Shown: positions 56,507 through 64,000 of the stretch, piece by piece
How the letters are laid out: each line of letters opens with the position of its first letter
Position numbering within the stretch: the stretch's first letter is position 1
Virus record (IMG/VR): IMGVR_UViG_3300025267_002170
Strand: one strand, 5' to 3'
Length of the DNA: 64,000 bases
DNA from: a virus
Lineage: Duplodnaviria > Caudoviricetes
The notes under the pieces: generated by a model
Seen by the model: only the letters and a program-made list of their open reading frames with translations
Told to the model about the DNA's origin: nothing
Database searches by the model: none
Position numbers and translations under genes: made by a program

Positions 56507-56776
56507 ATGCACCAGCCAGTAGATGATAGACTAATAGAAAAGATTCAGGTCAAGATACTAAACAGATTGGGAAAGCCGCCGGGCCTTATGTCTGTACATT
56601 GTGTCAACGTGTTTGATAACAACTGGAGAATTAACGTCTGGACTAAGGGGATGACTGACGCTGGTGTACCAACACATGAAATTACTCACAGTTTCTTCTG
56701 TGAAATGACCAAGGGGGGTACACTCAGGTGCAACCCGAAGATAGAAAAAATATACTATAGCAAAACAAAGGCGTAG
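56507..56776 (+). CDS. Hypothetical protein
   Basis: NVFDNNWRINVW...SFF; AAGGGG RBS. Confidence 0.7.
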   Translation: MHQPVDDRLIEKIQVKILNRLGKPPGLMSVHCVNVFDNNWRINVWTKGMTDAGVPTHEITHSFFCEMTKGGTLRCNPKIEKIYYSKTKA

Positions 56777-57012
56777 CCTGTAGGGACTATTGGGTACAAT
56801 TCCCACTAATCACTGCTGTTTTACAGGGTTTTTGGGCACATAGTCACTTGTTGTGGAGGGAAGTGGTTGACTAAAAAAACAGTGTCAGTCATTACTTCCC
56901 CTCTATGGGTTATTCATTGTATTCTTTATGTATGTTCTATAGGGATTATAAGGGGGTTTTTTGGTAGGAATAACAATCAACACAAGTTCTACAGTTAACT
57001 GGAGGTCTTATC

Positions 57013-60000
57013 ATGCCTCACAAGCAAACGGGAGAAAATAAACAAAAACAAAGGAAACCAGAGAAAATGGAACTAAAAGAAAGCGAAGTTATACAATGGT
57101 TAGAGGATTTAGACTACGAGATGATTAGATGGATGACGGAGGGTACAAGCCCTAATAATACACCAAGGTCAGACTGTGGATAAGGGACAAGGATGCCAGT
57201 CGAAAAAACACCAGATAACCCTCATGGTTGGGGTTACATTGAAAAAAGAATTGTAGAACCTCACTATCAATTGAGTCCTAGAATTCAGATAGTAATTGGG
57301 GATGAGATTAAGGTCAGCAAGGGTCCATATTGGATGAGTAAAGATGGGGTGAAGGTTAGTCTAGATAAGATGAAAGGCAAGTGGCAGGTTGAGGGTATAT
57401 TTGAAAACTTCTGTGGAGAAACTGAACTAGACATAATACAGATTTGGCCGGGAGGTTTGTCCGGTTCAACTACTACTATTGCAGTTACGGGTGATGAACA
57501 TCCTAGCCCAGTTGTTGAAACCATAACAAGACGACCATACAAAATTAGATTAGCAACATCAAGAATAAAAAGAAGGAGAAAGGTAAGTATTGAAACCACT
57601 CATATTGAACCTGTAAGAGCGCAGGAGGAGAAAGAAAAGAAGCCTGTTGCTAAGAAGGCCAGTTTGTCAGACCTTGCAAAAATCATTGAGGAATCGAAAA
57701 ATGACTAAGACTAAAGTTGACAGTTACGTTAAAGTTGAGAAGCACTACAAGGAAGATAAGCCTTACTACCTTATCAAGCTGTTTGCTAAGAACCCAGACG
57801 AGGGACGTTTGGGTACACACAAGCACTTCCCCCTTCGTTATGAAACAGGAGACAAGATGGTTGCCGATACTTATGCCCATAAGGTTGGCAAGTGTCTGGA
57901 GATTCCAGTGGTACATTAAATGAGCGTAGATTATTATCGTATGGACCCAGCTTTTGATGGAAACAACTACCCCGAATCTGGTACTATTGGCTATGATGGC
58001 AGAGGCTGGTACTATTTTTATGGTGGTCAGTTGTGGGGTCCATTCAATAGCGAAGAAGAGGCTATTGCTAGAAAAAACGAAACCTCGTCAGACTAATTTC
58101 AAGTATGTTTACTCGCAGGCAGAAAATGTCTAGGCTAACGTACCCTTGTGTTTCTACTTAGTCTGGCGGGGTTTTTCTACATTGAAGGAGTTAATTATGG
58201 TTCACAAGACAAAAGTTGCACTTAGAGGTCTTAAGTCACAGGTTGTAACAACGGGGTACGGTATGCGAGAGATGAAGTCTAAGATTACTAACAGTCAAGG
58301 TAATTATGTGGGTTCTTTTACAACCAGTGGGGTTGGTCTTGAAGAGCATAGAAGAAGGCTAAAGGCTATTGCGAAAACTACGGTAAAGTCAATTAAGGGT
58401 GGCCACGAGAAGTAAAATGTCCTATATCGAAGTAACATGTATGGAATGCGCCTGTCAATATGTTCAGCAAACAGACCCTTTGGGCAACTACTACCCTATC
58501 AACGTATATATGTGTGGATATTGTAGCTCAAGAAACCTTCACAAAAGGGAACTAAGTGATGAACAGGCGAAAGAACTTATTGACGTACCATTACGAGAAG
58601 GCTATTAATTGCCTGTATGGGAAGAATAAGTTTATAGTGGTAAAAGGTAATCCAATTGAAGGATATAGGTTTGTGGGACCATTTAGCCACTTCGACGATG
58701 CTCTTAAGAGAAAAGGAGATGGCTATGTCGCTGAACTTTCTAAGGAAGATAATGATGAGTGAACCATTGTTTGATGATTGGGATGACTTTATGGATGCTG
58801 TTGATAAATTAGAGGACAAAGACATCGTTGAAAGATTTACTAACGAAGACGGAGAAATCAGTCTTAGGCTCACAGAGTCAGGTAAACAAATGGCTGAAAT
58901 GTTGGATATTAAAGAGTTAGCCAAAGAGGATATGGGTGTTGAGAAGTATCGTAAGTCTGAGAATGCAAGAGCTATACGTTACAAAAACAGGCTTGGTTAG
59001 AGGAGTTGATTATGCCTTTATCAAATGAAGAATTTAGAAGGAAGGGTTGGCGCGCCTGTCCTAAGTGCGGTTGTGAAGGAGACGTATCTTGGGTTCCATA
59101 TAACGATGACCCTAGAGATGTATTTCTTAGAGATGAAGAGTATGGCCACTGTGTAGATACATGTAAGGATTGTGGCGCAGAGTGGTTATGCCAATATGCT
59201 GTCACAGGCTATATTCTTATGCCAGAAGACTGGAAATAACTATGAGTGATAAAGGGTTTGGGCCAGTATTGACACGAAAACGCTATAAACAAATCTACGG
59301 AACTCTTAGTCTGCCACAAATCAATGCCATCTGTATCGCCTACGGAGAAGGTGGCGATAAGACTAAGAAAGAATTGAGCGATGCTTTTCCTTGGCTAGCG
59401 GTAACTTATTTTCTTATTGAAAAGGATTGAAGATGAGTAAGTATTACGAGATTCCATGCAGTTGGGAAGTTTATGGGACTCTTGAGGTTGAGGCTAATAG
59501 TCTGGAAGAGGCTATTGAACTGGCAGAAAGAGATGACTCTCCTATGCCTGATGATTCTGATTATGTTGATGGTAGCTTTCAGATTGATAGAGATATTGCA
59601 GAGGAGTTGAATAAAGATGAGTGAGTTAGACTACAAAACAGCACAGTGCGAAGTATGCGAAGAAGAAATGCACGAGGGCAGGACAATAGTTCTTAGTGTC
59701 CCCGGTGTACCTTGGTCTTCTAGGTTTTGTCATAGATGTAGAAAAACTGGTGCTATTCCATATCACCTACTGGTAGCTAATACTCAATGTATTGGTGGTT
59801 ATGACCAGTCTGCTGATTGGTGGAGAGTTATTATTGATGCTACCCTAAACCATTTGGGTATTACAATGAAACAGTTTTTGAAAGAAGTTGAAGATGACGA
59901 ATCCAAATAGGATAATGACTTTGATTAAAAAGCACCCTAATGTCCCCGGTAATGATGGTTGGTATCTCCAAATCCACCCAGATTTGATTAAAAAGCTAGG

Positions 60001-61050
60001 TTGGAATAAGCCTACAACTCTGGTGGTCATGGAAGTTAAGGATAATAAGCTGTTTGTGGAGAAGGTTCAAGATGGGCAATAAAGATGAGTCCAGAGTCTA
60101 TTATAGACAAGGCACAGAAGTTTATGTAGAAGGTAAAAGTCAACCGAAGTTTGTTTGTAGTTGCGATAACATTGAGATGGCTGATTATATTGTTAAGCGT
60201 TTAATGGGAGATTGAAGATGAGTGACACTCCAATGTGTACATGGTGTGCAAGTACGGAACATACTTTGGTTGACTGTCCAATAGCACCTAAACCGGGGGT
60301 AGATTTTGTTTTTGATGATGCTGCACATGCTGAAGGGTTGGAGTTGGTAGATAGATTTAGGAAGATGGAAAAGGGGATTAAAGATGAGTGACCACTCACC
60401 GAACACACCTCGCCTAACAAGTGAACAAGTTGATGCTATTACTTACGCCTATATGGATGTATGTGCAACCGACAAAGTTATCAATGATGACAGTTGGGAC
60501 CATAGAGCAATCGCAGAAGTAGGCGAAGCTGTTGTTCAAACTAAGGCTGACCTAGAGAAAGCGTTTCCATTTTTGATTGAGGGAGTTGAAGATGAGTGAT
60601 AGTGTTTATGGAACAAAGGTTATGTTAGGGTCTATTGACAAACTAATCTGTGATGCTCTGCAAGAAATTGCACCTGATGAAAGTACCACAGTAGAAGCAT
60701 ACGAAAAAGCTATCACACCTACAAGGAAGGCTGTTGTAGCTCTTAAGGATGCTCTAGCTTTTGTTAAGCAGATTAAAGAAAAGTATGCCCATGTTGAATG
60801 CCCACAGATAGGGTTCTCGGATGAGGACTATAACGAAATGCTTGGCTCTGATGATAACCGTCCATAGAGGAAAATAGATATGAGTGTTAAAGAACCTATT
60901 TACGGTCAGACTGTGTGTGAAGAATGTGCTAAGTGGACACAAGTTGCTTATAAATGCTATGTTCCTGCGCCACATACAGACTACCTAGCATTTGTACCAG
61001 CAACTAACGTAGTCTATAAGTGTTACGAGTGTACGTTTGGAGATAGTTAG
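57013..61050 (+). CDS. Dense cluster of roughly 20 small hypothetical ORFs, several with CxxC motifs
   Basis: Co-oriented ORFs with overlapping start/stop codons (e.g. 57193-57708, 57701-57919, 58197-58415, 59006-59239, 59617-59910, 60384-60599, 60592-60867). Confidence 0.65.
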
Positions 61051-62037
61051 ATGATGCTTCACAAGGGAAATGCCCTCTATAATGTTTCATCATGGTCAGA
61101 CGATAGAGAAAATGTGTACCATGTACGCTTGAATCACCAAAAGAGACCATATAACATTCTCGATGCTCAAACAATGTCTGAGCTTGACTATATCTTAGAA
61201 AACTTTATTATAAACACAAAGTATAGTTATGGATATCCAGAAACGAAGGGGTATAGAGGTGTAATATTTAGCAGCGGTAAGTCAACATTTATCTCTGGGG
61301 CAGACGTTAAAGAAATTGCCGGGGCATATGAAGCACCAGAAGAACTAATTGACTACACGCTAAAGAGGGGGCAAAGTCTCTTTAACAGGATTGAAGACCT
61401 TAAGATTCCAACAGTAGCAATAATTAATGGTCTTACTATGGGTGGAGGTCTGGAACTTGCCCTCGCCTGTACCTCAAGAATTATGGTAGGGCAAGAAGCG
61501 TTTGTTGGTGAAGAGTATTCTCCAATTCCCAAACCTAAACTTGCCCTTCCAGAAGTAAAACTAGGAGTGGTTCCTTCTTGGGGAGGGACAACTCGCCTTC
61601 CTAGAATTATATCACCAATAAAAGCTATGGATATTATTTGTTCTGGTAGAAACGTGTATCCAGAGGAAGCACTAAAAATAGGTCTAGTAGATAAAATAAT
61701 ATCCAGACGATTAGCATATGAAGAGGCATATAATATAATAGACAGCATTGACCACGAAATGGTTAGAGAAAGTAAATTTCTGCCAGCAGAAATCTCTAAA
61801 TGGAAAATGTGTGCTGTTGGTAAGGTAATGAAGTTTTTGGTTGGCAGAAAACAAAAGAAGATGTTTGGTAGTCGAGACAAATACCCATCACCGTACAGGG
61901 CGATTGAATTACTTAAAAAGTCTTTGAGTCTAACCAGAGGTGGCTCATTAGACCTCGAAAGAGAGGCTTTTATAGAACTGGTTAAGACAGAAGAAAGCCG
62001 GGAGTTGGTGGGAAGGTTTTTAAGCGGAGAGAGATAG
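61051..62037 (+). CDS. Enoyl-CoA hydratase/isomerase (FadB/FadJ N-terminal-like)
   Basis: FISGADVKE, PTVAIING..MGGGLELALAC, LPEVKLG..P.WGGT.RLPR. Confidence 0.9.
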   Translation: MMLHKGNALYNVSSWSDDRENVYHVRLNHQKRPYNILDAQTMSELDYILENFIINTKYSYGYPETKGYRGVIFSSGKSTFISGADVKEIAGAYEAPEELIDYTLKRGQSLFNRIEDLKIPTVAIINGLTMGGGLELALACTSRIMVGQEAFVGEEYSPIPKPKLALPEVKLGVVPSWGGTTRLPRIISPIKAMDIICSGRNVYPEEALKIGLVDKIISRRLAYEEAYNIIDSIDHEMVRESKFLPAEISKWKMCAVGKVMKFLVGRKQKKMFGSRDKYPSPYRAIELLKKSLSLTRGGSLDLEREAFIELVKTEESRELVGRFLSGER

Positions 62038-62074
62038 TGCTAATACCGAAAGTTAAAAAAGAAACTGATGAGCT

Positions 62075-62425
62075 ATGAGTAGTCAGGCAACAAGAGAGTG
62101 CTGGTATAAATACATCAGACTAACTGAAGAAGAAAAGCAAGGCTTTAGGGATAAGTTAAACTTGATAGAGAAGAAAGAGTGGGACCATATTGAATACGCC
62201 ACAACAGAAGACAGAGAAGAAGGTTGGTACTTTTGGGATGAGGTTATGTATAACTCCTACGGACCATATAAAACAGAAGAAGAAGCAAGAAAAGAGATTA
62301 AAAAATACTGTGCAGAAGAATTAGGTATAGATATTCCTTCAAGCGACGGGGTTGCTGAAAAACCTAAGTTTACATTGGACGACTTAAAAGAATTGTCCAA
62401 GGAGATTCAGCAAAGTAGCGAATGA
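62075..62425 (+). CDS. Hypothetical protein
   Basis: GWYFWDE...GPY.TEEEA. Confidence 0.65.
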   Translation: MSSQATRECWYKYIRLTEEEKQGFRDKLNLIEKKEWDHIEYATTEDREEGWYFWDEVMYNSYGPYKTEEEARKEIKKYCAEELGIDIPSSDGVAEKPKFTLDDLKELSKEIQQSSE

Positions 62426-63219
62426 GCATAATAAAGCCGATAGTTAAAAAACTATCACACAAATACATAGCAGGAGATTACTTTTCAGACGCCGAAGAAA
62501 TAGTAGAAAAGTTAAACTTTAAAGGCGTTTGGGGAATCTATAATCTTCTTGGAGAATCCTCTTCCAGTAGTGAAAGTCTACAAGGCTATATGGATTTGGT
62601 AAACCAATCGGGTTCGATGTTATCATCGATATCTATAAAACTATCCAATATAGACTGTAATAAAGATTTTCTGATACAGATTGCCGAAAGGGCAGACCAC
62701 TATTGTCAGCAATTAAGCGTAGACATGGAGGGGATGAGTAAGATTGACGAGACTATTCAAATAGTAAGAGAAGTAAACGAAAGTTATCCAGTTGGATGTG
62801 TTCTTCAAGCTAATATGAACAGTAGTCTGGAGTATTCTAAAACACTGGAAAATATGCACGTCAGAGTTTGTAAAGGTGCTTACTATGGCGACATACAAAG
62901 AGATAAGAAGATTAGACGTAATTTTAACAGAATAGCTAGTAGGCTCTTGAGAAATGGTTGCAGGGTTGCTTTAGCTACTCACGACCTAAGACTTGCAAAA
63001 CAGTGGTTGGGAGATGATGTAGAGTATCAATTTCTTTATGGTATAAAGCACGTTATTCCTTTCATCGAAAAAGTTAAGGAAGAACACAAAATCTCAGTGT
63101 ATATACCGTTCGGTAAAAATTGGTACGAATATTCCTTAAGGAGAATTGATGAAAATCCATTCTTAATGTTTACAGTTGCAAAAGACGTGATAAGAGAATG
63201 GTTGAAACAAAAGAAATAG
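62422..63219 (+). CDS. Monofunctional proline dehydrogenase
   Basis: YIAG, LLGE, SIKLS, VDME, VLQA, RVCKGAY, ATHD, EYQFLYG, VYIPFG..WY.Y..RR..E. Confidence 0.9.
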   Translation: MSIIKPIVKKLSHKYIAGDYFSDAEEIVEKLNFKGVWGIYNLLGESSSSSESLQGYMDLVNQSGSMLSSISIKLSNIDCNKDFLIQIAERADHYCQQLSVDMEGMSKIDETIQIVREVNESYPVGCVLQANMNSSLEYSKTLENMHVRVCKGAYYGDIQRDKKIRRNFNRIASRLLRNGCRVALATHDLRLAKQWLGDDVEYQFLYGIKHVIPFIEKVKEEHKISVYIPFGKNWYEYSLRRIDENPFLMFTVAKDVIREWLKQKK

Positions 63220-63409
63220 CAATAATACATTTAATGTATAGAAGAAACTTGGATGGAATTATATCATTCTACACTGTTCCTGTAGATATAAGAAGAAATT
63301 GGATAACAAAGTCTCTGGTATACTTTATGGCAGAGACCGTAAAGGAACTTAACAGCCTAGTAGGTTGGGAGTTTGTATGCTACTATTATAATGAATATAG
63401 GGATAAGAC

Positions 63410-64000
63410 ATGAGAAGCAAAATAAGATTAGATGAAATTAGTCAAGAGTCAGTAGATAGCGTAAAAGAATCTTTCAATAGGCTTCCTAAGACTAATCATT
63501 TGGATGGGCAATACAGGCTAAGAAGATACTCAAGAGTAAAGATAAACGAAACTTATGAGTTTTCTTATTTCAAACTTCCTCAACAGGAATTCAACCAGTC
63601 TAAAGATTACAATAAACATCAAGGGGGAATGTCTAGGACATTTGAAGACATAGAAGACGATGTAGTAAGAAGCGTGGGAATGTTAGAAATGTGCGATAAA
63701 TTTCTGGAGTCTGGAGGGTTTTCTGCCGATAATGAAATTGAGGTCCACCAGATGAGAATTATAACTTCAGGAGAAGTAACTCGAACTCAAGTTAGTCCAG
63801 AGGGAATACATCAGGATGGGTATGATTTTATCGCAATAGTGGGAATAGACAGATACAACATATCCGGGGGAAATGCTCTAGTATACAAAACTTATGGAGG
63901 AAAGCAGATATTTGATTGTCCTCTGCAACCAAAAGAAATGCTTATGATTAACGATAGACAGTTATGGCATAATGCAGGGACTATTGCGAAACTTGACCAA
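63410..64000 (+). CDS. 2OG-Fe(II) dioxygenase (BsmA / 2OG-Fe_Oxy_2-like), 3'-truncated
   Basis: My translation: YRLRRYS, F.QS..YN...GG..R.F, VHQMRI, PEGIHQDG, ND..LWH. Confidence 0.8.
   Translation, partial: MRSKIRLDEISQESVDSVKESFNRLPKTNHLDGQYRLRRYSRVKINETYEFSYFKLPQQEFNQSKDYNKHQGGMSRTFEDIEDDVVRSVGMLEMCDKFLESGGFSADNEIEVHQMRIITSGEVTRTQVSPEGIHQDGYDFIAIVGIDRYNISGGNALVYKTYGGKQIFDCPLQPKEMLMINDRQLWHNAGTIAKLDQ

Overview
64 kb from a large tailed dsDNA phage, probably a siphovirus since no tail sheath gene is seen. (1) Bases 1-38.7 kb are a minus-strand late region. It runs sigma-like factor, putative small terminase, an ExbB/TolQ-like membrane triad, gmd, ornithine cyclodeaminase-family gene, HNH and ERCC4 nucleases, terminase, portal, protease/scaffold, major capsid protein, fibre and glycan-modification genes, neck and tail genes, then a >2415-aa tape measure protein (TMP) that runs off the window. 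My translation of the TMP shows an ADP-ribosyltransferase domain, two GNAT-like domains and two nuclease-like domains between Gly-Gly linkers. (2) Bases 39.0-55.9 kb are a GC-richer plus-strand array with 26 copies of a fixed-geometry 78-bp pseudo-palindrome (11-7-11 / 20 / 11-7-11). Most copies precede a promoter driving small ORFs, hydrophobic micropeptides or ORF-free structured RNAs. Cassettes are duplicated and reshuffled. (3) Bases 56-64 kb hold dense small hypothetical genes and metabolic genes (enoyl-CoA hydratase, proline dehydrogenase, 2OG-Fe dioxygenase). The best candidates for undescribed systems are the repeat-delimited cassette array with its ncRNAs and the effector-loaded TMP. 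All calls come from reading the sequence by eye; no searches or folding were run.
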